Source: Bradymonadia bacterium (GTDB lineage: Bacteria; Myxococcota_A; Bradymonadia; UBA7976; UBA1532). Taken from it: DNA of 64,000 nt. Below the pieces are notes generated by a model. The model saw only the letters and a list, made by a program, of their open reading frames with translations. It was not told the DNA's origin and made no database searches. How positions within the stretch are numbered: position 1 is the stretch's first letter; each line of letters opens with the position of its first letter. Where the stretch lies: the NCBI GenBank assembly GCA_046290225.1, contig JBKAGE010000006.1, positions 1-64,000 on the forward strand. The letters run 5' to 3'. Shown here in pieces: positions 21,182-31,363 of this stretch. Position numbers and translations under genes: made by a program.

Positions 21182-21819
21182 ACCACATCCTCGTCGCCAG
21201 CCCGGACACCGATATGCTGGCCCTCATCGCTGATCGTATGCGGGCTGAAGGCTATGTCCCCCACGAGGCCGCGGAGCCTCTTGGAGTGATGCTCAACGCG
21301 GTGGCCTGCGATCTGGTGCTGATGGATGAAGCCCTCGACCCTGAGGGGGCTCTGCTCGGCGCGCTGCGGCGAGATCACCCCGAGCTGCCGCTGATGGTGG
21401 TGACCCGACAAGGCAGCGAGAGCGCATGCGCCGACATGCAGATCGACCTGCTCGATCTCGACGCCCTGCATCAGGCGGCCACTCACCTGCTGCGCCATGG
21501 CATGGAGCAGCCCCTCACGGGTCGCATCGACACTGCCCACGGCTACATCGATCTCGATGCGCAGCAGATGGTGAGCCGTCACGGCTCCGCCCGCCTCACG
21601 GCCTTGGAGACCGAGCTGGTGGCCTACCTCTACATCCGCCGCGGGCGCGCAGTCTCACGGCGGGAGCTGCTCGCAGAGGTCTGGGACGTGAACGAGGCGA
21701 TGCAGACCCGAACCATCGACGTGATCGTGGGCAAGCTGCGCCGCAAGTTGGAACGTGATCCTACCCAGGGGCCAGTCATCGTCACGGTAAAGAACATCGG
21801 CTACGCCTGGCGAGGCTGA
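21178..21819 (+). CDS. OmpR-type winged-helix regulator with atypical receiver domain
   Basis: C-terminal SRRELLAEVW...TRTIDV...KLRRKLE...IVTVKNIGY; GTGA overlap with YdeP stop. Confidence 0.82.
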   Translation: MNHILVASPDTDMLALIADRMRAEGYVPHEAAEPLGVMLNAVACDLVLMDEALDPEGALLGALRRDHPELPLMVVTRQGSESACADMQIDLLDLDALHQAATHLLRHGMEQPLTGRIDTAHGYIDLDAQQMVSRHGSARLTALETELVAYLYIRRGRAVSRRELLAEVWDVNEAMQTRTIDVIVGKLRRKLERDPTQGPVIVTVKNIGYAWRG

Positions 21820-21897
21820 GCCTCAGCGGATCCCCCTGGATTTCACGGCCCCTTTCCGGCACACTCCCCGCGCTCGAAGCCTGTCCTGGGGACTCTC

Positions 21898-22683
21898 ATG
21901 CGTCACACTCTGTTTCAGCCCCTCGTCCTGTTGGCCATCGCCACGCTGACCTTCGGTTGTGAAGGTGATGACGACGAGGGCGGCGGCGCTGGCGGCAACG
22001 CTGAAGCCGCAGGTGGCAGTGGTGGCAGCGACAGTGAAGGCCTCGCCCGACTCTTTGGCCAGGATGAAGATCAGGCTGCTGAGACGCCCCGGAACTCCGG
22101 GGCGGACCCCAGCGGTGAGGGCGGCGGTGAGCCCGCTCGACAGCCCGGTGATCTCGAGGATCCTGCAGAGACCCCAGCCAGCGCAGAGTGCTTGAGCGTA
22201 TGTGCTGATCTGGTGTCCTGTCTGAACGACTTGTGTGCGGCGAACCTCGGGGCCAATGAGTGTGACACGCTCTGCATTGGGGTCGACGACGCCGAGCTCG
22301 CCGAGGTCCCCACCTGTGACGACTTGCGCATGGTCGACGCCGGCGATCTCTGCGACGAGCTCTTCGGTGAGCCCTCGACCCCGGAACGCACCCCTGAGCC
22401 GGTGGAGTCCCCTCGGCCAGATCCCGAGCCGGAGCCCACTGATCCCGAGCCCACTGATCCCGAGCCCACTGATCCCGAGCCGCCCATCGAGGATCCAGTC
22501 GAGGTGCCACAGGAAGTTACGGACACCTGCTGCGCGTTCTACGACTGTGCCAGTGACTGCTTCGGGGACGGCGTGTGTGTACTCGAGAACTGCGACCCCT
22601 TGTGCGGTGCCATCCCCGGCACCGAGGGCCTGGACTGCGAGTCGGCCTGTGCATCCCTGATCCCAGAGGCGGCCTGCTACTGA
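21898..22683 (+). CDS. Cys-rich acidic lipoprotein with Pro-rich linker
   Basis: Lipobox TFGC; two Cys clusters separated by (EPTDP)3. Confidence 0.78.
   Translation: MRHTLFQPLVLLAIATLTFGCEGDDDEGGGAGGNAEAAGGSGGSDSEGLARLFGQDEDQAAETPRNSGADPSGEGGGEPARQPGDLEDPAETPASAECLSVCADLVSCLNDLCAANLGANECDTLCIGVDDAELAEVPTCDDLRMVDAGDLCDELFGEPSTPERTPEPVESPRPDPEPEPTDPEPTDPEPTDPEPPIEDPVEVPQEVTDTCCAFYDCASDCFGDGVCVLENCDPLCGAIPGTEGLDCESACASLIPEAACY
22432..22480 (+). repeat. 15-bp in-frame tandem repeat x3
   Basis: GAGCCCACTGATCCC repeated, encoding EPTDP. Confidence 0.9.
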
Positions 22684-22825
22684 GGTCAGCAGTCACATCG
22701 CTGCGCGTTCACTCTACAGAGCGCTCGTGTCACTGGCCTCAATGGCCACCTTTTAAGGCCCCTCGCACAACCCCACCCCCACCTCGCCCATCCACACCGA
22801 TCGACACCTTCACCTGGGAGCCACA

Positions 22826-24103
22826 GTGAAGAGCACCGTGAAGAGCACCGTGAAGACCACAACGCCCCGTCAGGGCAGCCGCCTCTTTCAAGGCCTGCTC
22901 GCCGTCGTTGTCCTCGCCGGCGGCGGCTTCATGGCCAAGAAGCTCGTGGCATCGAGGCAGCCAGCGAAGCGCAAGCCGGCGGTCAGCCGAGGCGCCCTCG
23001 TAGATGTCTTCATCGCGAGCGCGTCTTCTCAAAAAGCCATCATCACCGCTCAAGGCACCGTGATCCCTGCGCAGCAGGTCACCCTTCAGCCACAGGTTCA
23101 GGGCGCGATCACCGAGATCAACCCCCAGCTGGTGCCCGGCGGTCGTGTGCAGGCAGGTGATGCGCTGTTGGAGATCGACGCCTCTGACTATCGCCTCGCC
23201 GTAGAGCAACAGCAGGCCAACCTCGCCCGGGCAGAGTTCGAACTCGAGGTAGAGCGAGGCCGCAAGCTGGTGGCCGATCGAGAGTGGAAGCTGCTGAAGA
23301 AGCGCGGTGGCGCGAAGGGCTCGGGCACCCTCGCCCGACGGGAGCCTCACATCAAGGTGGCCAAAGCCACCGTGCGCGGGGCCAAGAGCGCCCTGCGCCG
23401 GGCCCGCCTCGATGTGAACCGCACGCGGCTCTCGGCCCCCTTCAACGCCATCGTGGAAGCAGAGTCTGTAGAGGTTGGGCAAGTGATCCGCCCTGGCGTC
23501 GCCGTGGCCACCCTCGTGGGCACCGACGCCTTCTGGGTGCAGACCTCGGTGCCCATGGACGAGCTGGGCTGGATGCAGTTGCCCGACGCTCAGGGCAAGG
23601 GCGGCGCCAAAGCCCATGTGGTCTATCGCCACGAGGGCAAAGAGGTGCGCCGAGAGGGTCGCGTCGTGCGCTTGCTCGGCCGCCTCGACCCAGTGGGCCG
23701 CATGGCCCGCCTCATGGTGCAGGTCGAGCGCCCGCTTGAAGGGTCTCCCCTACTGCTCGGGGCGTTTGTCTCCGTGGAGATCGAAGGTCGCGGCCTCGAC
23801 GCTGTCTATGAGGTACCGCGCCTCGCCGTCCGGACCGACGATACGCTCTGGAAGGTCAAGGCCGACAACACCCTGGTCATCAGTCCCGTCAAGGTGATCC
23901 GCAAGCGGGCGCAGACCGTACTCGTCGCCGAGGGGGTGGGCGAAGGCGACAAGATCGTCACCAGCAAACTCACCGCCCCGGTGCCGGGGATGAAGCTGCG
24001 CACGCCAGGGCAACGCCCCGACTCTCCAGAGGCCAACGCCCAGACCGGCGATGCCCCCTCCGACGCCTCGCCCAAGGCGAGCGGCTCGGAGAAAACCCTG
24101 TGA
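22826..24103 (+). CDS. RND efflux periplasmic adaptor (MFP) subunit
   Basis: N-terminal TM; PQVQGAI, GDALLEID, LSAPFNAIV motifs; directly upstream of AcrB-family gene. Confidence 0.92.
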   Translation: MKSTVKSTVKTTTPRQGSRLFQGLLAVVVLAGGGFMAKKLVASRQPAKRKPAVSRGALVDVFIASASSQKAIITAQGTVIPAQQVTLQPQVQGAITEINPQLVPGGRVQAGDALLEIDASDYRLAVEQQQANLARAEFELEVERGRKLVADREWKLLKKRGGAKGSGTLARREPHIKVAKATVRGAKSALRRARLDVNRTRLSAPFNAIVEAESVEVGQVIRPGVAVATLVGTDAFWVQTSVPMDELGWMQLPDAQGKGGAKAHVVYRHEGKEVRREGRVVRLLGRLDPVGRMARLMVQVERPLEGSPLLLGAFVSVEIEGRGLDAVYEVPRLAVRTDDTLWKVKADNTLVISPVKVIRKRAQTVLVAEGVGEGDKIVTSKLTAPVPGMKLRTPGQRPDSPEANAQTGDAPSDASPKASGSEKTL

Positions 24104-27100
24104 GCATGCGCGGTCCCGTGGCCTGGATGACCCGCCACGGGGTGGCGGCGAACCTGTTGATGCTGCTCTGCCTCCTGGGCGGGGTGCTGACGTCGTTCAA
24201 GATCAAACAAGAGGTGTTCCCCGAGTTCGAGCTCGACCGCATCAGCATCTCGGTCCCCTACCCCGGCGCCGGCCCTGAGGAAGTCGAGAAGGGCATCGTG
24301 CAGTCCATCGAGGAAGCAGTGCGTGGCCTCGACGGCGTGAAGCGCATCACCGCCTCGGCCTTCGAAGGCAGTGGCCGCGCCACTTTGGAGCTGCTCGACG
24401 GCGCTGATCCCGATCGCGTGCTCAGCGACGTCAAGACCGCCATCGATCGCATCACCAGCTTCCCAGAAGACGCCGAGCAGCCCGTGATCTCGCTGCTCCT
24501 CAACCGCTCTCAGGTGATCTCCCTCGTGGTCTATGGCGATCTGCCCGAGCAGACCCTGCGGGCCATCGGCGAGCAGACCCGAGACGAGCTGCTGGCCCTC
24601 AAGTCGATCACTCAGGTTGATCTCACCGGGGTCCGTCCGCGGGAGATCGCCGTGGAGATCCCCCAGCAGGCGTTGCGGGCCTACAACCTCACCCTGCCCC
24701 GGGTGGCTCAGATGATCCGCCAGGCCGCGGTGGAGCTGCCCGCTGGGGCGGTGAAGACGCCAGGGGGCGAGGTCCTGCTGCGCACCGACGAGCGCCGCGA
24801 GCTGGGCAAAGAGTTCGCCACCCTGCCTGTGGTCACGGGGCCAGATGGGGTACGGGTGTCATTGGGTCAGGTGGCCGACATCACCGACGGCTTCTCGGAG
24901 ACCGACGAGTACGCGCGGTTCAACGGCAAGCCCGCCGTGCGCATCGAGGTGTTCCGCGTCGGCGAGCAGACCCCCATCGAGATCGCCAACGCCGTGAAGG
25001 GCTACATCGCCGACCGAGCTCAGACGCTGCCGCCGGGGGTGGAGTTCGCGGTGTGGAACGATCGATCGCAGGTCTATCGAGATCGCGTCGATCTGCTCAA
25101 ACGCAACGCCGTCTTCGGGCTGATCCTCGTGTTCCTCACGTTGGGGGCGTTCCTCGAGATCCGGCTGGCCTTCTGGGTGATGCTGGGCATCCCCATCAGC
25201 TTCCTGGGCTCGTTCCTGCTGATGCCCAGCCTCGACGTCTCGTTCAACATGCTGTCGCTCTTCGCCTTCATCGTCACCCTGGGCATCGTGGTGGACGACG
25301 CCATCGTGGTGGGGGAGAACATCTACGAGTGGCGACAGAAACACCCCAAGGCGCCCCCCACGGAGATCGCCATCAAAGCGGCCCAGCAGGTGGCCTCACC
25401 GGTCATCTTCGCCGTGCTCACCACCGTGGTGGCCTTCTCGCCCCTGCTCTTCGTGCCCGGCATCAGCGGCAAGTTCTTTCGGGTGATCCCGCTCATCGTG
25501 ATCTCGGTGCTGGTGCTCAGCCTCGTCGAGTCGCTCTTCGTGCTCCCGGCCCACCTGGCCCACCTCAAGCCCCAGAGGAAGTCGGGGCTGCTGTACACGA
25601 TCACCGCCCCTCAGCGCTGGACCTCTCGGGGTCTGGTGCGCTTCATCAACGGCATCTATGTGCCCGTGGCCCAGGCCTGCGTGCGCTGGCGCTATCTCAC
25701 CCTCGCCACGGGGGTGGCCCTCTTGATGGCCTCTGTGGGGCTCATCGGCGGTGGCTTCATCAACTTCACCTTCCTGCCTCGAGTAGAGGGTGATCAGGTC
25801 ACAGTGACCGCCCGCCTGCCCTTCGGCACCCCTGCGGAGCAGACCGAGAAGGTGCAGGCCCGCCTGCTTCAAGCCGCACAAGATGTGGTGGACCAGATCG
25901 GCACCGACTCGAGCGAAGGTGTGTACTCCACAGTAGGTCGCGGCGCCGGCGGTGGCGGCCCAGTGCCCCGAGCAGGGAGCACCGGCAGCCACATCACCGC
26001 GGTCACGCTGCTGCTGGTGCCTTCGAATAAACGCGACGTCACCTCTCGCGAGGTGACCCGCATGTGGCGCAAAGCCGCGGGCGACATCCCCGGAGTGGAG
26101 ACCCTGAGCTTCAAATTCAGCACTGGCCCCGGTGCTGGCGCTCCAGTCTCGGTCCTGCTCAGCCATCCTGACGTGGAGATCCTCGAGACAGCCGCCGCTC
26201 GCCTCGGACGCACGCTCGAAGACTTCACCGGAGTGAAGGACATCGACCCGGGCTTCTCTCAGGGCAAGCGCCAGCTCAACTTCAAGCTCACCCCTGAGGG
26301 CGAAGCGGCAGGGCTCACCCAAACCGATCTCGCCCGGCAACTCAGAGGTTCGTTCTTCGGCGCCGAGGCGCTGCGACAGCAGCGTGGTCGCGACGAGCTT
26401 CGGGTGATGGTGCGCCTGCCCCTCGCTGACAGGCAGACGGAGCAGGCCCTCGAGTCGATGCTGCTGCGCACCCCCACGGGGGAGATCCCGCTGTCTCAGG
26501 CGGCCACCGTCGATGAAGGCCGGGCCTACACCGAGATCCGCCGAGAGGACGCCCGGCGCATTTTGAACGTCACCGCCGACGTCGATCGGTCGGTGGCCAA
26601 CGCCGACAAAGTGCTCAGCTCTCTAACCACCCAGGTGATGCCCCAGCTCAAAGCCGACTTCCCAGGGCTGGAGTTCGAATTCGGCGGTGAGCGCCGAGAG
26701 CGCAACGACTCACTCGCCAGCCTTGGCATCGGCTTCATCTTCGCCCTGCTGTGCATCTATGGCTTGCTGGCAATCCCGTTCCGCAGCTACTTGCAACCTG
26801 CCATCGTGATGTCGGTGATCCCCTTTGGCCTCGTCGGGGCCGTGGTGGGCCACATGGTGCTGGGCTACGATCTCAGCATCATCAGCATGTTCGGCATCGT
26901 GGCCCTGGCGGGCATCGTGGTGAACGACTCGTTGATCCTGGTCGTGTCCATCAACGAGATGCGCGACGAGGGCATGTCACCCTACGAGGCGGTGGTGGCC
27001 GGCGGCGCCCGCCGGTTCCGGCCGATTCTGCTGACCTCGCTCACGACGTTCTTCGGGCTGATGCCCATGATCTTCGAGCCCTCGGTGCAGGCCCGCTTCT

Positions 27101-27285
27101 TGATCCCCATGGCCATCAGCCTGGGCTTCGGGGTGCTCTTCGTCACCTTCATCGTGCTCATCATCGTGCCGGCGATTTACTGTATCCTCGAAGATGTTCG
27201 AGGCCTTCTGGGACTGGAGGATCGCGAGGTGATGAATGCACCACAGACGATCACGGGCTACGGTCACGCTGCTGAAGACGCCTGA
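24100..27285 (+). CDS. RND efflux permease (AcrB/AcrD/AcrF family)
   Basis: 1061 aa; GIVVDDAIVVGEN, GIVVNDS, RFRPILLTSLTT. Confidence 0.95.
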   Translation: MSMRGPVAWMTRHGVAANLLMLLCLLGGVLTSFKIKQEVFPEFELDRISISVPYPGAGPEEVEKGIVQSIEEAVRGLDGVKRITASAFEGSGRATLELLDGADPDRVLSDVKTAIDRITSFPEDAEQPVISLLLNRSQVISLVVYGDLPEQTLRAIGEQTRDELLALKSITQVDLTGVRPREIAVEIPQQALRAYNLTLPRVAQMIRQAAVELPAGAVKTPGGEVLLRTDERRELGKEFATLPVVTGPDGVRVSLGQVADITDGFSETDEYARFNGKPAVRIEVFRVGEQTPIEIANAVKGYIADRAQTLPPGVEFAVWNDRSQVYRDRVDLLKRNAVFGLILVFLTLGAFLEIRLAFWVMLGIPISFLGSFLLMPSLDVSFNMLSLFAFIVTLGIVVDDAIVVGENIYEWRQKHPKAPPTEIAIKAAQQVASPVIFAVLTTVVAFSPLLFVPGISGKFFRVIPLIVISVLVLSLVESLFVLPAHLAHLKPQRKSGLLYTITAPQRWTSRGLVRFINGIYVPVAQACVRWRYLTLATGVALLMASVGLIGGGFINFTFLPRVEGDQVTVTARLPFGTPAEQTEKVQARLLQAAQDVVDQIGTDSSEGVYSTVGRGAGGGGPVPRAGSTGSHITAVTLLLVPSNKRDVTSREVTRMWRKAAGDIPGVETLSFKFSTGPGAGAPVSVLLSHPDVEILETAAARLGRTLEDFTGVKDIDPGFSQGKRQLNFKLTPEGEAAGLTQTDLARQLRGSFFGAEALRQQRGRDELRVMVRLPLADRQTEQALESMLLRTPTGEIPLSQAATVDEGRAYTEIRREDARRILNVTADVDRSVANADKVLSSLTTQVMPQLKADFPGLEFEFGGERRERNDSLASLGIGFIFALLCIYGLLAIPFRSYLQPAIVMSVIPFGLVGAVVGHMVLGYDLSIISMFGIVALAGIVVNDSLILVVSINEMRDEGMSPYEAVVAGGARRFRPILLTSLTTFFGLMPMIFEPSVQARFLIPMAISLGFGVLFVTFIVLIIVPAIYCILEDVRGLLGLEDREVMNAPQTITGYGHAAEDA

Positions 27286-27391
27286 TCCACCCTCGGGATT
27301 GCACATCTGGCCACGTTGGTCTCGAGGCTGACCCCGTGCTACCGTCGTCGCACCTCCACTCCGATCGAGAACCTGCCAGGGGGATGTGCTC

Positions 27392-29029
27392 ATGGACCCC
27401 GAGTGGATCTTTCTTCTACTCATCACGGTGGCGTGCTCACTCCCCCTCCTCACATACCAAAAACGCGACACAATCGTAGGCACACAAGCCGATCGACAAC
27501 GCGACATCTACACATCAGCCGCCGAGCAGTTGAACGCAGAGCTCTACCTCGAGGACGACAACCTCGAAGTCGTCATAGGGTTTCGTCGGAGCGCAGGCGA
27601 CTTCTCGATCCAATGTGAATGCCTTCACACCGACTCAGGCGGTTTCGTGTGTGAAGTTGTCGTGCATGATCACATCCAGCTGCCGTTCACTCAGATGGGG
27701 ATCGAAACAGACAGCGCCACTGAGCATGATCCTCACAATATGTACGCGGATTTGAGCGGGTACACCGTGCTCGACTTCGGCAAGCAGTCTCAGCTGGCCC
27801 ACAAGATGGAACAGCACAGCATCTCAGTCTGTAAGGGCAGGCGATACACATCACGCTTCGAAGCCGAGCAGGCTGACATCATCGTTGAGCGCACCCGGCA
27901 TATGCTGAACATCGCTGAAGAGGTCATGCGCGCAGCAGCCCACGCAGACATCCCCTCCAACCTGCGAAGTCATGTCGATCTCGCGCCGACGGCTCAGATC
28001 CGGATGAAGTATCTCACGTGGCTCCTTGAGTACTATCCAGGACACACGGAGACGCGCTCAGCTGCTGAGATGGCCACACAGGATTCTGATCCCGAGATGC
28101 GGCTGAAGGGTGCAATGGCGTTGGGCAGCGGCGGTCACTCGGCGTTGTGGTCTTTGGTGAAGAACCCTGTTGTGACTGACCAGGTACGCACCGACGCGTT
28201 CACCCACTGGCAGGAAGTACATGCTCATGATCCCCGGGTGCTCACCTTGATCGCCCAGTCTCACCTCTACCTTGCCTCGAGCCCTCAACTGGCCGGTGCG
28301 CTCTTTGAAATGTCTGTTGGTCTGGCATCCCAACAGCCAGAACAACGTGATGACCTCAGCGCAGCTTTCTGGTCGGCGCTCATACACGAAGAGGTACCGG
28401 AGACTCTACGGATCATGGCATTCCAGTTCTGGCGAGATCTCACTGAGCCAGCAGCACAGGAGATGGTTACGCTTCTGCACACCCTCGAGCCTCGGCTGGG
28501 CACCTTTCCGGATCTCTCAAGCGCGCTCTTTCACGCATGCGCCCGGCTTAGATTTGAGCACTCTGAGCATCGCCATGCGCTCGTCGAGACACTTGAGCGT
28601 GTGCTCCTGCAGCCCTGTGATCCCGACGCATCGCAACACGTGCTGCCGCTGGCAAACGCGCTGCTCGAGATCGTGCCCCCTGACGCATGCACGCCCACCC
28701 TCGTGTCGATGCTGAGCACCAACAGCTTCGAGGTGCAGTCCCTCGCCATCGAGGCTTTGACTCGACTTGGGGATCGCCGGGCGTTGGGTCCCCTGACGAG
28801 ATACACCGACGACGTGTCCAATGAGCCTCAGCTCCAAGACGACGCTCAAGCGGCGATCACAGCCATCGAAGCCAGGGAGGGGCCACGGGCGTTCGGTGGG
28901 CTCTCTCTGGCTCAGAGCGATGATCCTCAGGGTGCTTTGAGCTTCGATGAACGCGGCAAGCTCTCCCAACTTGCAGACGACTCATCTTCTACCCCCAACC
29001 GCCGAACTCCGGAGACTTCGAAGACCTGA
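27392..29029 (+). CDS. Membrane-anchored HEAT-repeat protein
   Basis: N-terminal TM; HEAT-like DSDPEMRLKGAMALG and VQSLAIEALTRLGDRRAL. Confidence 0.65.
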   Translation: MDPEWIFLLLITVACSLPLLTYQKRDTIVGTQADRQRDIYTSAAEQLNAELYLEDDNLEVVIGFRRSAGDFSIQCECLHTDSGGFVCEVVVHDHIQLPFTQMGIETDSATEHDPHNMYADLSGYTVLDFGKQSQLAHKMEQHSISVCKGRRYTSRFEAEQADIIVERTRHMLNIAEEVMRAAAHADIPSNLRSHVDLAPTAQIRMKYLTWLLEYYPGHTETRSAAEMATQDSDPEMRLKGAMALGSGGHSALWSLVKNPVVTDQVRTDAFTHWQEVHAHDPRVLTLIAQSHLYLASSPQLAGALFEMSVGLASQQPEQRDDLSAAFWSALIHEEVPETLRIMAFQFWRDLTEPAAQEMVTLLHTLEPRLGTFPDLSSALFHACARLRFEHSEHRHALVETLERVLLQPCDPDASQHVLPLANALLEIVPPDACTPTLVSMLSTNSFEVQSLAIEALTRLGDRRALGPLTRYTDDVSNEPQLQDDAQAAITAIEAREGPRAFGGLSLAQSDDPQGALSFDERGKLSQLADDSSSTPNRRTPETSKT

Positions 29030-29107
29030 TACAGCGTGCATTTCGAGCAACCACCTCCCGCATTCGGGCATTCTCCCCGATGCCAGATCACACACCTCGG
29101 AAGCCAC

Positions 29108-30262
29108 ATGCAGAACTTCGATTTCCAGAACCCCACCCGCATCCTCTTCGGTGAAGGGCAGATCGCTCAGATTGCCGAGGCGATCCCCGCCGACGCCCGC
29201 GTGCTGCTGCTCTATGGTGGCGGCTCAATCAAGCGTAACGGCGTCTATGATCAGACCGTGAAGGCGCTGACCGGTCATACCTTCCTCGAATTCGGCGGCG
29301 TCGAGCCCAACCCCACCCTGGAGACGCTGAGCAAGGCCATCGACCTGGTGAAGGCCGAGGCGCTTGACTTTGTGCTCGCAGTGGGTGGAGGCAGCGTCGC
29401 CGATGGCGCCAAGTTCGTCGCCGCCGGGGCCCGCTTCGAAGGCGATCCCTGGGCCATCATCGCCGAGAAAGCGCCGGTGACCGCAGCCCTGGACATCGGG
29501 GTGATCTTGACCCTCCCGGCGACGGGCTCAGAGAGCAATGGTGGCTCGGTGGTGACCCGGAAGGCCACCCAGCAGAAGCTGTTCTTCAACAGCCCGCTCG
29601 TCTACCCGAAGTTCGCCGTGCTCGACCCTACGACCACCTACAGCCTACCGCCTCGGCAAACGGCGAATGGGGTGGTGGACGCCTTCGTGCACACCATGGA
29701 GCAATACCTCACCTACCCCGCCGACGCGCCGCTGCAGGATCGTTTCGCCGAGGGCATCTTGCTCACCCTCATCGAAGAGGGGCCCAAGGTGCTGACCAAC
29801 CCCACCGACTACACAGCACGGGCCAACGTGATGTGGTCCGCCACCATGGCCCTCAACGGCCTCATCGGCCGCGGGGTGCCCCAAGACTGGACCACTCACA
29901 TGATCGGCCACGAGATCACTGCGGCCCATGGCCTCGACCATGCCCAGACCCTGGCCATCGTGCTGCCGGCGGTGATGACCCGCCGCATCGAGCAGAAGGG
30001 CGCCAAGCTGCTGCAGTACGCCCGCCGTGTCTGGGGCATCGACACCGCCGACGAAGACACTGCACGACATGAAGCCATCGATCGCACCCGGCGCTTCTTC
30101 GAGTCCCTCGGCGTGCCGACCCGGTTGAGCGCATACGACATCGACGCATCGGCCATCGATGCGCTGGTGGGGCGCCTCGAAGCACACGGCATGGTGGCTT
30201 TGAGCGAGCGCGGCGACATCACGCCAGCCATTTCTCGGGAGATTCTTGCCCTCGCGGTGTGA
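29108..30262 (+). CDS. Iron-containing NADPH-dependent alcohol/aldehyde dehydrogenase (YqhD/BdhA family)
   Basis: NPTRILFG, YGGGSIK, GGGSVAD, TLPATGSE, DAFVHTMEQY, HMIGHE, HAQTL. Confidence 0.93.
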   Translation: MQNFDFQNPTRILFGEGQIAQIAEAIPADARVLLLYGGGSIKRNGVYDQTVKALTGHTFLEFGGVEPNPTLETLSKAIDLVKAEALDFVLAVGGGSVADGAKFVAAGARFEGDPWAIIAEKAPVTAALDIGVILTLPATGSESNGGSVVTRKATQQKLFFNSPLVYPKFAVLDPTTTYSLPPRQTANGVVDAFVHTMEQYLTYPADAPLQDRFAEGILLTLIEEGPKVLTNPTDYTARANVMWSATMALNGLIGRGVPQDWTTHMIGHEITAAHGLDHAQTLAIVLPAVMTRRIEQKGAKLLQYARRVWGIDTADEDTARHEAIDRTRRFFESLGVPTRLSAYDIDASAIDALVGRLEAHGMVALSERGDITPAISREILALAV

Positions 30263-30318
30263 CCGACCCCCCTCATTCTGCATCATGGCCAAGGCACCCA
30301 TCACGTAAAGGGCCCACC

Positions 30319-31347
30319 ATGGCCACCCCCGTGAACATCATCTCTGGCTTCCTTGGCACCGGAAAAACCACCGCTCTGCGGCATCTGCTGGCGCGCAAGC
30401 CCGAAAGCGAGCGCTGGGCCATCATCGTGAACGAGTTCGGTGAGGTGGGCATCGACGGCGCCATGCTCGAAGGCTCCCCTGGAGCCGAAGGTGTTCAGAT
30501 CAAGGAGCTGCCCGGCGGGTGCATTTGCTGTACGGCGGGGGTGATGTTCCAGTTGGCGGTGGTGCAGGTGATGCAACAGCAGAAGCCCGATCGGCTGCTC
30601 ATCGAGCCCACGGGGCTGGCCACCTTGCAGAGCATCATCGACACCTTCCACGGCGCAGGGCTGCGGGACAGCACCGAAGTGCGCTCAGTGATCACGCTCA
30701 TCGACCCGGCCCACTGGGCGTCAGATCGTCATCGAGCCCATGAGACGTATCAGAGCCAGGTGCAGGCGGCGGATGTCCTGCTGGCGAGCCGGGCAGATCT
30801 CTCCGCAGGTGAGTTCTTGGAGCGCTTTCACAGCGAAGCCGCGACGCTGTTTCCGCCCAAACAACACATCGGAGAGGTGGAGCACGGGCACCTCGATCTC
30901 GCGCTGCTTGATCTCGCCCGCCCCCAGAAGGAAAGCCACCAGGTAGAGGCCACCCATCACCACCATGATGATGGACATCATGATCACCATCACCACGACC
31001 ATGACCATCATCACCATGGGGCGCCAAAGCCAGCCGTCGAAGGTGCACCCCACGTCGCACACGGCGACGAAGCCGAGGCATGTGGTTGGGTGCTCCCTCA
31101 CACGTGGATCTTCAACTGGCAGCAACTCATGCTCTGGATCGATGGCACGCCCTGGGCAGAGCGCATCAAGGGGGTGTTGCGGACCGAGCGCGGGTGGATC
31201 GCCCTGAACGTGACTCCGGAAGATGTGAGCACCACAGCAACGGCTCATCGTCGAGACAGCCGGATCGAGGTCATCGCAGCCCAGGGCGTGAGTCCGGACT
31301 GGGAAGAGCTCCACGGGGCGCTGCTGGCGTGTCGGGTGGAGATCTGA
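30319..31347 (+). CDS. COG0523/CobW-family GTPase (metallochaperone) with His-rich insert
   Basis: GFLGTGKTT, NEFGEVGIDG, GCICC, EPTG; poly-His/Asp linker. Confidence 0.92.
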   Translation: MATPVNIISGFLGTGKTTALRHLLARKPESERWAIIVNEFGEVGIDGAMLEGSPGAEGVQIKELPGGCICCTAGVMFQLAVVQVMQQQKPDRLLIEPTGLATLQSIIDTFHGAGLRDSTEVRSVITLIDPAHWASDRHRAHETYQSQVQAADVLLASRADLSAGEFLERFHSEAATLFPPKQHIGEVEHGHLDLALLDLARPQKESHQVEATHHHHDDGHHDHHHHDHDHHHHGAPKPAVEGAPHVAHGDEAEACGWVLPHTWIFNWQQLMLWIDGTPWAERIKGVLRTERGWIALNVTPEDVSTTATAHRRDSRIEVIAAQGVSPDWEELHGALLACRVEI

Positions 31348-31363
31348 GCGCAGCGCGCGCTCA
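31345..31363. terminator. Short hairpin between convergent genes, bounded by both stop codons
   Basis: TGAGCGC-AGCGC-GCGCTCA; no U-tract. Confidence 0.35.
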
